Origin: Nitrosopumilus sp.
GTDB lineage: Archaea; Thermoproteota; Nitrososphaeria; Nitrososphaerales; Nitrosopumilaceae
DNA: 64,000 nucleotides
NCBI GenBank assembly: GCA_963667665.2
Contig: OY763927.2
Span: forward strand, 576,001-640,000
Reading direction: 5' to 3'
Shown: one piece after another, positions 40,815 to 52,038 of the stretch
How the letters are laid out: every line of letters starts with the position of its first letter
Numbering within the stretch: position 1 is the stretch's first letter
The notes under the pieces: model-generated
What the model saw: the letters and a program-made list of their open reading frames with translations, nothing else
Told to the model about the DNA's origin: nothing
Database searches by the model: none
Position numbers and translations under genes: made by a program

Positions 40815-41999
40815 ATGTGCATACTTTTAACTTTCAAAATAACCATGAACGGAGTAATATCTTTTCAAGACTTTTGCACTCTTGAATCCGTTTTATTTTG
40901 TATATCCCAACTAAGAGGAAACAGACGACGTAATATCAAATCAAAGAATTTTGTATCAACTCAAAAAAGCTATCTGTATAGATTGTGGAACTTTCACTAC
41001 TGGCTTGTAGGCCAAAAATTCTCATATAGTATATGGACCATGATTGGCAATTCTACATTTCAGAAACAGTCTAAAACTGTAACGCTTGGCGGATTGGAGC
41101 ATTTTTTTAATTTGTATGAATCCAACAACACAAAATCTAGACGATATTTTACTCAATTAATAATGAAATATCTTCGAGATCCAATACATAAAAACAAAAA
41201 ATCACAGACTTTGAGAATTGAATATCACGCAATAAAGGCATATTTTGAACTAAATGATTCTCCAATTCATCTTCGTTTCAGATTAGGTTTTACAGAAATA
41301 GAGCATATAGAAGAACCGCAATTATTGACACTTGGGAATCTCATGCGTTTACTTACGGTAGGACAACCAACGTTATTACAAAAGGCCGTATTTTTGTGCA
41401 AGTTTCATTGAGGCCTTGATACATCTACTTTTGTTGATAGATTCAACTTTGAGGCATGGGATCAAATTGTAAAAGCGTTTGGTACTGATAATTGGAACCA
41501 GTGGGATTTGAAAAAATGTCCCATTCCAATACGATTAACACGTCTTAAAACAGATGTTGTTCATGTTGGTTTTCTTGATATTGATGCAATTATGGCCTTG
41601 CAAGAATACCTGGAACACAAACTGACAATACAAAATGTCTTCAAACCAAATCCAATATTTCTTAACTGTAAAAACATGTCCATCTCTGAGGAATGGGTTC
41701 GTTATAGTTTTCGCAGTCTTGCAAAAAAAGCGGGACTGATAAAACCAAATAATAAAATAAAGAACCAAAACATCAATCCAAACTCATTGAGAGTATTGTT
41801 AAAATCTACATTGATAACATGCAATGTAGATAGGGTGATCGCAGAGGAGGCAATAGGTCACAAAACTCCAGAAAGACCAAACAAACACGAAATAAATGAT
41901 ATAAAAAATATGCAAAATGAATACTCTAAAGCATCCAAAACAATCAATATATTTTCCAGAGTATACAAAATGATAAATGAGATTGATATCGAAACTTAG
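40815..41999 (+). pseudogene. Tyrosine recombinase/integrase with one in-frame TGA (41409-41411)
   Basis: Both ORF halves are in the same frame; R.KT, NSLR..LKS, IGH and C-terminal Y motifs. Confidence 0.82.
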
Positions 42000-42059
42000 A
42001 ATGTTGGAATCGATCAAATGTACAAATTTTATTAACAGAATTCGTAGTGTGAGTAAATT

Positions 42060-43370
42060 ATGATAGAAACTGAATTAGGAAATTTACGCAGATCTCACTA
42101 TTCTGATGAAATTACCCCTTCAATGGATGGAAATCAAGTAACCATCATGGGATGGGTTTTAACAATTAGAGGGCACGGCAACATTAGTTTTGCTACAATT
42201 CGTGACAAAAATGGTAACATCTTAGTTGTTGCAAAAAAGGGAGATTGTCCTGATGAAATTCGTGAAAAAATATCTTCTCTAAAAGCACATTCTTCAATTG
42301 CCGTTACTGGAAAAGTAAAATCATCTGAAAAAGCACCAAGTGGATTTGAAATAATTCCAACAGAATTGAGAGTATTTTCAGAAGTTGAGAAAATTCCTCC
42401 TTTTGAGCCAACTGCAAAAACTGTAAAAAATATTGATACTAGACTTGAAGTAAGACCAATTGATCTTAGACGAAATTCACTTCAACATATATTCAAAGCT
42501 AGAAGTCTTGTTTTAAAATCAATTAGAGATTACTTTAATGTTCAAAATTTTACTGAAATACATACTCCAAAAATGATTGCAACAGCTACTGAAGGTGGTG
42601 CTGCACTATTTGCAATATTTTATTATAACAAGGAAGCTTTCTTGGCTCAAAGTCCTCAATTGTACAAAGAACAACTTACAATGAGCTTTGAAAAAGTCTT
42701 TGAGATTGCTCCTATTTTTAGAGCAGAACCATCAAGAACTAATCGTCATTTAGCAGAAGCAATCTCTATTGATTTGGAGGAGGCATTTATTGATTACAAT
42801 GATGTAATGAATAGAATTGAAGATATCATAACGATTTCAATTAAAACTGTAAATGATTATGTAAAAGATAATCCTGATGCTGAATTTAAAATTCCTGAAA
42901 TTCCTGAAACGATTCCCAGGTATTCTTATGATGAATTAGTGGAGAAAATGAAAAAGGCTGGAGCAAAAACTGAATGGGGAGATGATTTGTATCCATCCAA
43001 TTTAAAAAAAATTGGTCTTGATGGATTTTACTTTATCACCGATTGGCCTATGGGTCCAAAACCATTTTACGTAAAGGATAGTAAATCAAATCCAAAAATT
43101 TCAGAATCATTTGATTTGATGTTTGGAGATTTAGAATTATCTTCAGGCAGTACAAGAATTGAAAAACGAGATGAATTAGAGGAGAGAATGAAAAACAAGG
43201 GAATGAAAATTGATTCATTTGAATATCATCTTGGTGCATTTGATTATGGTGTTCCACCCCATGCTGGTTGTGGAATTGGCCTTGAAAGGCTAATTATGGC
43301 ACTTACTGGTACTGAAAATATACGTGATGTAACATTTTATCCAAGAGATGTCGATAGATTAACACCCTAG
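42060..43370 (+). CDS. aspS: Non-discriminating aspartyl-tRNA synthetase
   Basis: LAQSPQLYK, FRAE and PPHAGCGIGLER motifs; adjacent to gatCAB. Confidence 0.97.
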   Translation: MIETELGNLRRSHYSDEITPSMDGNQVTIMGWVLTIRGHGNISFATIRDKNGNILVVAKKGDCPDEIREKISSLKAHSSIAVTGKVKSSEKAPSGFEIIPTELRVFSEVEKIPPFEPTAKTVKNIDTRLEVRPIDLRRNSLQHIFKARSLVLKSIRDYFNVQNFTEIHTPKMIATATEGGAALFAIFYYNKEAFLAQSPQLYKEQLTMSFEKVFEIAPIFRAEPSRTNRHLAEAISIDLEEAFIDYNDVMNRIEDIITISIKTVNDYVKDNPDAEFKIPEIPETIPRYSYDELVEKMKKAGAKTEWGDDLYPSNLKKIGLDGFYFITDWPMGPKPFYVKDSKSNPKISESFDLMFGDLELSSGSTRIEKRDELEERMKNKGMKIDSFEYHLGAFDYGVPPHAGCGIGLERLIMALTGTENIRDVTFYPRDVDRLTP

Positions 43371-43380
43371 GTGTAAGTGA

Positions 43381-43647
43381 ATGGTAACTGAAGAAGAAAT
43401 AGAACATGTTTCAAAATTAATGAAAATAGACATTGATGATCATAAGGAATATGTTGACAAGGTTCAATCAATGATTGATTATTTTGATGTTTTAGATTCT
43501 GCAGATGTTGAATCAGAAGAAATCTCAATGCAAGAAATTCCAATTTCCAATCTACGTGATGATAAATACATTCCATATGATGAAAAATTAATCAACAAAT
43601 TAAACAACTACAAAGGAACCTATGTTCGAGCACCTAAGATGTCTTAA
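43381..43647 (+). CDS. gatC: Asp/Glu-tRNA amidotransferase subunit C
   Basis: Size, LRDD and APK motifs, operon position. Confidence 0.9.
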   Translation: MVTEEEIEHVSKLMKIDIDDHKEYVDKVQSMIDYFDVLDSADVESEEISMQEIPISNLRDDKYIPYDEKLINKLNNYKGTYVRAPKMS

Positions 43648-45092
43648 TGAATCTCAAAATTTCTGCCCTTGAATTTGTCCAAGAAGTACAAAATGGAAAT
43701 ATCTCTGCTGAAGATTTTGTTGCAAAATCACTAGAAAGAATACAAAATATTGATGAGAAACTTCATGCATTTTTATCAGTAAATGAAGAAGCAGTTGATC
43801 AAGCACGTGAGATTGATAAAAAAATAAAATCTGGTAAAAAAGTTGGAGCATGTTTTGGAATGCCAATTTCAATTAAAGATAACATGTGTATCAAAAATAG
43901 TAAAACCACATGTGCATCAAAAATGCTTGAGAATTATGTATCACCATATGATGCGACTGTCATAACAAAACTAAAAGAACAAGATGCAATATTTGTTGGA
44001 AAAGTAAATCTTGATGAATTTGCTATGGGGTTGACAACTGAATTTAGTGCATTTGGTGCAAGCAAAAATCCTTGGAATACTAAATATGTTCCAGGTGGTT
44101 CTTCTGGTGGTAGTGCAGTTTCTGTAAGTGCTTTTGAATGTGTAGCCTCTTTGGGTTCTGATACTGGTGGGTCAGTTAGAAATCCTGCTAGTTTTTGTTC
44201 TACAGTAGGATACAAGCCAACGTATGGCCTAATTAGCAGATATGGGTTAATTTCATATGCAAACAGTATTGAGCAGATTGGTCCTATTACTAGAACTGTA
44301 AAAGATACAGCCTTTATGCTAAACATCATTTCGGGGTTAGATCCTAATGACAATACTACTGTAGATAACAAAAATGAAGACTATCTTTCAGGTATTGATT
44401 CAGGTATAGACGGTAAAAAAATTGGAATAATTAAAGAGATGATTGGTGAGGGAACTGATCCTGCAGTTTTATCTGCAACAAAGGATGCTATATCAAAACT
44501 AGAAACACTTGGAGCAACATGTGAAGAAGTCTCCTTAGATATGGTGCAATATTCTGTTGCAGCATATTATACAATAGCTGCAACAGAAGCTGGAAGTAAT
44601 CTTGCTCGATTTGATAATTTAAGATATGGTTATGATTTTTCTGTTGAAGGATACGAATTTAATTCTTACATTTCAAAAGCACGAAAAAACTTTGGTCCCG
44701 AAGTAACACGTAGAATGATAATTGGAGGGTTTGTTCCATCTGCAGGACATGCAGGAAAATATTTCCTTAAAGCACTAAAAGTAAAAAATAAACTAACTCA
44801 AGAAATAAATGAAGCATTTAAGAAATTTGATCTTTTAATTGCACCAACTGTTCCAATTCTCCCATTTAAGATTGGCGAAAAGATTAATGATCCTGTTTCA
44901 TTGTTTCAGGTTGATATCAATACTGTAACTGCAAATCTCACTGGAAAACCTGCAATTTCAGTACCATTTAGTATCTCAAATGGATTACCAATTGGAATAC
45001 AATTATTTGCAGACTCTATGCAAGATAAATTATTACTACAAGCTGCACATGCATTAGAACAGACTGTTTCATTACCGGAGGTCCCAATTTGA
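43647..45092 (+). CDS. gatA: Asp/Glu-tRNA amidotransferase subunit A
   Basis: GGSSGGS and GSDTGGSVR amidase signature. Confidence 0.97.
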   Translation: MNLKISALEFVQEVQNGNISAEDFVAKSLERIQNIDEKLHAFLSVNEEAVDQAREIDKKIKSGKKVGACFGMPISIKDNMCIKNSKTTCASKMLENYVSPYDATVITKLKEQDAIFVGKVNLDEFAMGLTTEFSAFGASKNPWNTKYVPGGSSGGSAVSVSAFECVASLGSDTGGSVRNPASFCSTVGYKPTYGLISRYGLISYANSIEQIGPITRTVKDTAFMLNIISGLDPNDNTTVDNKNEDYLSGIDSGIDGKKIGIIKEMIGEGTDPAVLSATKDAISKLETLGATCEEVSLDMVQYSVAAYYTIAATEAGSNLARFDNLRYGYDFSVEGYEFNSYISKARKNFGPEVTRRMIIGGFVPSAGHAGKYFLKALKVKNKLTQEINEAFKKFDLLIAPTVPILPFKIGEKINDPVSLFQVDINTVTANLTGKPAISVPFSISNGLPIGIQLFADSMQDKLLLQAAHALEQTVSLPEVPI

Positions 45093-46492
45093 CTAAGATT
45101 GGTTTAGAAATTCATTGTCAGTTAACAAACTTGGAAAGTAAATTATTTTGTTCATGTAAGGCAAACTATCGAGAATTTGAAATCAATGAAAATATTTGTC
45201 CTATTTGTATGGGATTGCCAGGAAGCTTGCCTAGATTAAATCAAGAAGCCGTAAAAAAGGCTACAATAATTGCAATGGCCCTAAATTGCGCTATTCCTGA
45301 AAAGATTACATTTTTTAGAAAAAATTATTTTTATCCTGATTTACCAAAAAACTTTCAAATCACTCAACTAAACATCTATGGTGATACCAGTATTGGCGGT
45401 TCTGGCTCAATCATGGTTGGAGATAAAAAAATCAGAATCACAAGAATTCAATTAGAAGAGGATCCTGGTAGGCTAATTTACGAAGGTAGTTCATCCAAAA
45501 ATCTAATCACTTTAGTTGATTACAACCGTGCAGGTACACCATTAGTTGAAATTGTAACCGAACCTGACTTTGAGAATCCAAAACAAGTGAGAGCATTTCT
45601 AAATATCTTATCTGATTTGCTTGAAAATCTTGGTGTTTCTGATCCTAGTTTAGATGGAGCAATGAGGGCTGATGCTAATGTTTCAATTGAAGGTGGAAAG
45701 AAAGTTGAAATTAAAAATATTGGCTCTTTTCATGATTTAGAAAAAGCTACTATTTTTGAAATTACAAGACAAGAAAGCTTGCATTCCAGAGATATTGAAA
45801 TAATTCAAGAGACACGTCATTGGGATGACCAACGAAAAATTACTGTTTCATCACGTTCTAAAGAAGAAGATCTTGATTATCGTTATTTTCTAGAAGGAGA
45901 CATACCTTGGGTAAAAATTGATCCTGAAATTCAAAAGGAATTAAAATCTCAAATGCCTGAAAGTATCAGCTCTAAAAAAGAAAGATATGTTTCACAATTT
46001 GATATGCCTGCACAAGTTGCAACTGTTTTATCATCTGACAAATTTTATTCTGATTTATTTGAAGTATCTCATACTGAATCTAATGCTAAAGAAATTGCAA
46101 ATATTATCACTACTGATTTAATGGGTTTAGTTGATACAAGAGAAAAACGTGAAGAATCAAAAATTACTGCAGTACATCTAACAGATTTAGCTGATTCAAT
46201 TCAATCAGGAAAAATATCTAGAAATTCTGCCAAAAATGCATTATATGAAATTGTAAAGACTGGAAAAGATCTATCTCAAGTAATCGCTGAATTAGATCTT
46301 GGAAATGTGTCTGATGAATCAGAACTATTAAAAATTATTCAAGAAGTAATTTCTGAGGAATCTCAAGCAGTGGAGGAAGCAAAATCGAATCCTCAAACAA
46401 TTAACTATCTAGTTGGAAAAGTAATGCAAAAGACAAAAGGAAAAGCAGATCCTACACTAACACTAGATTTATTTAAAAAACAGATAGGATGA
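45089..46492 (+). CDS. gatB: Asp/Glu-tRNA amidotransferase subunit B
   Basis: IGLEIH, YFYPDLPK and DYNRAG.PL.EIVTEP motifs. Confidence 0.97.
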   Translation: MTKIGLEIHCQLTNLESKLFCSCKANYREFEINENICPICMGLPGSLPRLNQEAVKKATIIAMALNCAIPEKITFFRKNYFYPDLPKNFQITQLNIYGDTSIGGSGSIMVGDKKIRITRIQLEEDPGRLIYEGSSSKNLITLVDYNRAGTPLVEIVTEPDFENPKQVRAFLNILSDLLENLGVSDPSLDGAMRADANVSIEGGKKVEIKNIGSFHDLEKATIFEITRQESLHSRDIEIIQETRHWDDQRKITVSSRSKEEDLDYRYFLEGDIPWVKIDPEIQKELKSQMPESISSKKERYVSQFDMPAQVATVLSSDKFYSDLFEVSHTESNAKEIANIITTDLMGLVDTREKREESKITAVHLTDLADSIQSGKISRNSAKNALYEIVKTGKDLSQVIAELDLGNVSDESELLKIIQEVISEESQAVEEAKSNPQTINYLVGKVMQKTKGKADPTLTLDLFKKQIG

Positions 46493-46495
46493 TTC

Positions 46496-46759
46496 ATGAC
46501 TGAACTTTCATTAGAAGACATTGAATTTATCAAAATACTGGCTACATCTGATGCTACTATTCTTCAGGCAGGCATGAATGATGCAACAAAACATAGACTA
46601 GATGTACAGATAGGCGTGATTCTTAGAGAATATTATCACGAAAACACAATGAATACTAAAACTGACTGGACTGAAAAATTCCTAAAAGTAGGTATTACTG
46701 AAGATGATGGTAAATCTGCAATTGCATGTGCAAGACGTCTTGGAATAGATATTTCCTGA
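46496..46759 (+). CDS. Conserved hypothetical protein
   Basis: 87-aa ORF in the gat operon. Confidence 0.7.
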   Translation: MTELSLEDIEFIKILATSDATILQAGMNDATKHRLDVQIGVILREYYHENTMNTKTDWTEKFLKVGITEDDGKSAIACARRLGIDIS

Positions 46760-46804
46760 ATCAAAAAATCTTTTTACACTTTATGAGTTTCTAAAAATTA
46801 TAAT

Positions 46805-48730
46805 TTGCCTGATTTTGAATTTATCCCAACTGAAAAACAAATCAAAGAATCTAATATCTTTCAATTCATGCAAAAACAAAACATTTCATCCTTAAATGAA
46901 CTATCTAAAAAAGCCAAGGAAGATTTGGAATGGTTTTGGAAAGCAGTAGATGAGGATATTGGAATTGTTTGGGATGTACCTTATACTAAGATATTAGATA
47001 TCTCTAAAGGAATTGAATGGTCAAAATGGTTTGTAAATGGTAAAACTAACATTTACAAATCATCTGTTGAAAAATTTGCAAAGCAAAATCCTCAAAAAAT
47101 AGCATATCATTTTATTTCTGAAGATGGTCAGACATCTAAGATTTCCTATTCAGAATTAGATTCTAAAATTTCACAGCTTGCAAATGGTTTAAAATCAATC
47201 GGAGTAAAAAAAGGAGATGTTATAGCGATATACTTACCTATGATTGAAGAAGCAATGTTAGCAATCCTTGCAGCTTCTAAAATTGGTGCAATTCAAACGG
47301 TAATTTTTTCTGGATATAGTTCAGAATCATTACATGTACGTTTAATGGATTGCAAAGCAAAAATTCTCTTTGTATCTGATGGATTTTATCGAAAAGGAAA
47401 ACCAGTGTCACAAAAGAAAGCTGTAGATGAAGCAATCATAGATACTTCTGTTGAGAAAACAATCGTGGTATCTTACAAAGAAATTGATAATTATGAAGAA
47501 TCTGAAAAATTAATTTTTTATGACAAACTAGTTTCTCCTCAAAGCATTCTTTGTGACACCGAAATTTTAGATTCTGAGGATCCATTGTTTATTCTGTATA
47601 CATCAGGCACAACGGGTATGCCTAAAGGAGTAATTCATACTCATGGGGGATTTTCAGTCTTTGCAGGACATCAATCTGCATATCTCATTGATACACATGA
47701 AAATGATGTATTATTTTGGCCTGCAGATATTGGTTGGATTACAGGATTAGTCTGGAATGTTTATGGGCTTTTGATAATGGGGGCTAGTGCAGTAATTTAT
47801 GATGGTGCATTAGATTTTCCAACTATTGATAGAGTCTGGAAAATATTACATGATTATCAAGCAACTATTTTTGGAATATCCCCCACTGCAGTAAGATTGT
47901 TTAAAAAAAATAATGTTGAACCTTTGAAAATATATTCGTTAGACAAAATAAAAAATATTCCCACTACTGGTGAACCACTTGATGAGGATTCTTGGCGATG
48001 GTTATTTGAAAAAGTTGGCAACAAAAAGATTCCTATCATGAATTTATCTGGTGGTACTGAAATTGGTGGAGCAATGCTATCGGTATTTCCTGGAATGAAG
48101 CTAAAACCATCAACTGTTGGGATTCCAGTTCCTGGAATGAATCTAGATATCTTTGATGATGATGGAAATTCTATACACAAACAAAATGGATATTTGGTTA
48201 TCAAATCACCTTGGCCTGCAATGACTAGAGGATTGTTAAATGATGATGTAAGGTATCTTGAAACATATTGGTCACGATTTGAAAATATTTGGTTTCATGG
48301 AGATTTTGTCTATGTTGACGAAGACAATCTTTGGTATATGCGAGGCAGAACAGATGATGTGATAAATATTTCAGGTCATAGGATGAGCACTGCTGAAATT
48401 GAACATGCAGTAATTTCACATGATAAAATATCTGATGCTGCATCTATTGCAATTCCTGATGATATTACCGGAGAAGCAATTGTTGTATTTTTTGTTGCTG
48501 ATGATATATCAGAAACTGGTTTAGAATCAGAAATTTCCAAGCATGTTTCTGAAAAGATTGGTAAAGTTGCAAGACCAAAACTTGTTTTTCAGTTATCTGA
48601 TTTACCAAAAACAAGAACAGGTAAAATCATGCGCCGATTATTGAAATCAAAATTATTGGGTAAAACTTTGGGGGATTTATCCGCCCTTGAAAACCCCCAT
48701 GTTTTAGATGAAATCCCAAAACTTGGTTAA
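46805..48730 (+). CDS. AMP-forming acyl-CoA synthetase (acetyl-CoA synthetase family)
   Basis: YTSGTTG.PKG, GR.DD and LPKTRTGKIMRR motifs. Confidence 0.93.
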   Translation: MPDFEFIPTEKQIKESNIFQFMQKQNISSLNELSKKAKEDLEWFWKAVDEDIGIVWDVPYTKILDISKGIEWSKWFVNGKTNIYKSSVEKFAKQNPQKIAYHFISEDGQTSKISYSELDSKISQLANGLKSIGVKKGDVIAIYLPMIEEAMLAILAASKIGAIQTVIFSGYSSESLHVRLMDCKAKILFVSDGFYRKGKPVSQKKAVDEAIIDTSVEKTIVVSYKEIDNYEESEKLIFYDKLVSPQSILCDTEILDSEDPLFILYTSGTTGMPKGVIHTHGGFSVFAGHQSAYLIDTHENDVLFWPADIGWITGLVWNVYGLLIMGASAVIYDGALDFPTIDRVWKILHDYQATIFGISPTAVRLFKKNNVEPLKIYSLDKIKNIPTTGEPLDEDSWRWLFEKVGNKKIPIMNLSGGTEIGGAMLSVFPGMKLKPSTVGIPVPGMNLDIFDDDGNSIHKQNGYLVIKSPWPAMTRGLLNDDVRYLETYWSRFENIWFHGDFVYVDEDNLWYMRGRTDDVINISGHRMSTAEIEHAVISHDKISDAASIAIPDDITGEAIVVFFVADDISETGLESEISKHVSEKIGKVARPKLVFQLSDLPKTRTGKIMRRLLKSKLLGKTLGDLSALENPHVLDEIPKLG

Positions 48731-48799
48731 CATTAGCTAACTCATTGATACTCACTATTTCACGCTTTGACTCTTAATCATTTCTCATAATACTCAATA

Positions 48800-50158
48800 T
48801 TGAAATTTGTAGTTGACCAGCAGGTAGAAGACATAGAGATGCCTGAGAATCTCAAATTAAACACATTTTTACAAGAATTTTATACTCCTTGTCCACATCC
48901 TGAGTGTAGTTTTGGCTACTATGGGTTTGCATTTGGGCAATCTCCATTTCCTGTACCTCCACTTGTTCAAGTAGCACTAATAGAAAATGCTAACAAAGGA
49001 ACATATGCTCCTACTCCAGGAATTCCTGAATTACGTAATGCCATCTCAAAATACAACAGACATTATTTTGGAATGGATGTAGCTCCTGAACGAATCTATG
49101 TTGGACCTGGAACTAAAGAATTAATTTTTAATCTTTTAGAAATTTTACATGGAACTGTGATTTTACCAACCCCTGCTTGGTTGGGTTATCTTCCACAAAT
49201 TAGATTCTTAAAGAAAAATTTCCATATGTTACCAGCTCGTTCAAATATGAAAATATCTCCTGGCGATCTGAAGAAATTAGCACTTAGATTGCAAGACAGA
49301 CAAAAGATTTTGATTTTAAACAACCCTCATAATCCAACTGGATTATTGTATGATAAATATGAACTAGAAGAAATTGCATATGTCTGTAGAGAACAGAACA
49401 TCACTATAATTTCTGATGAAATTTATGCTCAGACAACTTATGATTTTTCAAAATTTGTTAGTATGGGAAAAATTTACCCTGAAGGCACATTTGTCACAAA
49501 TGGATTATCTAAATCACATGCAGCTGGTGGTTATAGATTAGGTTATGTGATTTTTCCACAGTATCAAACAGACCTAAAGAATCAATTTAAAAAAATTCTT
49601 GCAACAGAGTATACTGCTGTATCTACCCCAATTCAACATGCTGCTGTTGCTGGGTTTGAAATTAGTAAAGAAATTGATGATTATTTTGATGTAACTAGAA
49701 ATATCCATCATCTTATGGGGGAATATACCTATCATGCATTGTCATCCATTGAAGGAGTCAAGATGACAAAACCTGATGCTACATTTTATCTTCTAGCTGA
49801 TTTTAATGCATTTAGAGATGATCTAAAAAAAGCTAAAATTAATACATCTCAAAAATTATCTGAATCTTTAATTGTTCACCCATATCATACTGCAATTGTA
49901 GGTGGGGATAGTCTGGTTTTAGAGAGAACGGACTTTAGTGCTAGAATTGCTTATGTTGATTATGATGGGGCTACTGTCTATCAAAAATACCTTGAAAACA
50001 AACCAAAAACAAGTTCTGAAAGAATAGAATTTGTAAAAACTAATGCCCCAAAGATTGTTGCCGGAATTGAAATGATTGGTAGATTCTTTGAGGATATTAA
50101 AAAAGAACCATTACGTGATTTACAAACTCCAAAAAGTTTGATGGTTACTTCAAGTTAG
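48800..50158 (+). CDS. PLP-dependent class I/II aminotransferase
   Basis: NNPHNPTG, SDEIY and SKS..GYRLG motifs. Confidence 0.92.
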   Translation: MKFVVDQQVEDIEMPENLKLNTFLQEFYTPCPHPECSFGYYGFAFGQSPFPVPPLVQVALIENANKGTYAPTPGIPELRNAISKYNRHYFGMDVAPERIYVGPGTKELIFNLLEILHGTVILPTPAWLGYLPQIRFLKKNFHMLPARSNMKISPGDLKKLALRLQDRQKILILNNPHNPTGLLYDKYELEEIAYVCREQNITIISDEIYAQTTYDFSKFVSMGKIYPEGTFVTNGLSKSHAAGGYRLGYVIFPQYQTDLKNQFKKILATEYTAVSTPIQHAAVAGFEISKEIDDYFDVTRNIHHLMGEYTYHALSSIEGVKMTKPDATFYLLADFNAFRDDLKKAKINTSQKLSESLIVHPYHTAIVGGDSLVLERTDFSARIAYVDYDGATVYQKYLENKPKTSSERIEFVKTNAPKIVAGIEMIGRFFEDIKKEPLRDLQTPKSLMVTSS

Positions 50159-50757
50159 TATAATTTTGATTTTATTTTTTCATATTCTTCTAAAGTAATA
50201 TCGCCTTTTGCTAGCCTTGTTTGAAGAATATCTTTAGGATTTGATCCAATAATTGGCTGAATGATTTTTTTTCTTATTGTTTCTCTGTTAATAGATATTC
50301 GTTTGGAGTTGTTATCCACTTGTCTTTTAATTCCATAAACTGCTCCAAATAATATCACCAATCCTGCAACTGCAAGAGCAATTTGTGCGATTTCTGAATT
50401 ATTATTGTATTGTGGTGTATGTTCTACTATGGATGATGCTTGTGCTTCAGGTATGATTTCATTTTTGATAATTTCTTGAATCTTTGATTTGATTTCAATA
50501 TTATTATTTGAATAACCTACTGCTTCTTCTATTGTTAAATTCGGATAGTTTCTATCAAACCATGATTTGTAAGATACTTCATTATAGTATCTATCAATAT
50601 AATACTGAGGACTTTTAGTTGAATCTACAAAATCAGCAATACTAGTATTGATTGTATCTTGTGTTATTGTTTCTTTTTTAGAAACATTCTGAGTAGAATT
50701 TTCTTTAATGACTTCACTAGTGATTTTATTTTCATTTGGAATTATTAAAACTCCATT
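50155..50757 (-). pseudogene. 5'-truncated membrane protein with YYIDRY repeat module and C-terminal SHOCT
   Basis: Frame open from ~50757: FVDSTKSPQYYIDRYYNE..WFDRNYP, TM, RLAKGDITLEEY; no start for this part. Confidence 0.7.
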
Positions 50758-51995
50758 TAATGAAACAGTAAAATTTGTTGTACAACCATTGGTAAAAATG
50801 CACCAACATCAGATACAATTCCTAGTGCTTGCCATGTTCCTCTATCCATAAGTTTTGTAACTGTTGGCTGATTGATATCAATAACAATCACTTTAACATT
50901 TGCAGGAAGCATATTGCCTGTTGCAATAGAATGAAGCATGGTCGATACCATAATCACCATACTTGCATTTTTTAGAACTTTTTTGTATTCACGTTGTGCT
51001 TGAGTAACATCAGTGATGACATCTGGTAATGGCCCATCATCTCTAATGGAACTTGCTAAAACAAATGGTACATTATTTTTTACACATTCATACATGATTC
51101 CTTTTTTCAATTTTTTGGATTTTACCATATTTGCAATAGATCCTGCTTTGAAGACTGCATTGATTGCATCCATATGATTTCTATGTCCATGATATGCCAA
51201 TGTTGCATCATGTACATTCATTCCAAGTGATGTTCCAAGTGTCGCATATTCTATATCATGAACTGCAAGAGCATTTCCTGCCAATAGACCATCAATATAC
51301 CCTAATTTGATTAATTCAGATACTGCATCATCTGCACCAGTATGCACTATGGCAGGGCCTCCCACAAGTATTATTTTTCCACCTTTCTTTTTTGTATTGT
51401 AGATGTCTTCTGCAACTTTTTTTGCGATATGTTGAGTTGGTCTTTCACTAGAGCTTGTGCTTCCCATGAACTCAAAAACATTTACTCCTTCTCTTGGTCG
51501 TTCAGGTGGAGTAATTTTGATTCCTTTTTCCCCAACAATTATTTGGTCTCCTTTTTTGACATCTCTTACTGGAACACAGAATGCTCTATTTCCTTTCACT
51601 ACAATGCATTTATCCATCATCATGTTTTCAACTTGAATCCATTTTCCTTTAAAGAAAACTTGTGTGTGATTGTTTGTTGTACTGTAAAAATTATCAGGCA
51701 TGACATAGTTTTTTGGAGATTTTTTTAATGTGATTACTTTTTGAGTTTTAGATACTGCCCCTTCGCGATGAATTGTTTCTAAAATTTCATCTAATTGTTT
51801 TTGATTTTTCCCTGTAACAAGTAATCGTACATATGATTGATCTTTTTTTCTCTTACCAATATCAATTTCTTGTACTTGAAATTCCCCTTTAAGGTCCATG
51901 ATTTTATCAAAGATCTTAGTTAAAATCAAAGAGTCAATTAAATGACCTCTAACTTCAATCTCTTGAGAAAACTTGTTCATTTTATTATTCTCCAT
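50757..51995 (-). CDS. LOR/SDH-related ornithine cyclodeaminase-type protein (TIGR00300-like)
   Basis: GHLIDS, FYSTTN, GGPAIVHTG, AGNALAVHDIE and SIRDDGPLP motifs. Confidence 0.9.
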   Translation of the reverse strand: MENNKMNKFSQEIEVRGHLIDSLILTKIFDKIMDLKGEFQVQEIDIGKRKKDQSYVRLLVTGKNQKQLDEILETIHREGAVSKTQKVITLKKSPKNYVMPDNFYSTTNNHTQVFFKGKWIQVENMMMDKCIVVKGNRAFCVPVRDVKKGDQIIVGEKGIKITPPERPREGVNVFEFMGSTSSSERPTQHIAKKVAEDIYNTKKKGGKIILVGGPAIVHTGADDAVSELIKLGYIDGLLAGNALAVHDIEYATLGTSLGMNVHDATLAYHGHRNHMDAINAVFKAGSIANMVKSKKLKKGIMYECVKNNVPFVLASSIRDDGPLPDVITDVTQAQREYKKVLKNASMVIMVSTMLHSIATGNMLPANVKVIVIDINQPTVTKLMDRGTWQALGIVSDVGAFLPMVVQQILLFH

Positions 51996-52038
51996 ATCCT
52001 AATAACTAAAGGTTTACGTTTTGTTTTATGGCTAGAAA

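Noticed and set aside
41409-41411. TGA as selenocysteine or programmed readthrough
   Set aside because: Not a Cys-type position, no SECIS-like element seen, and Sec is not expected in this lineage
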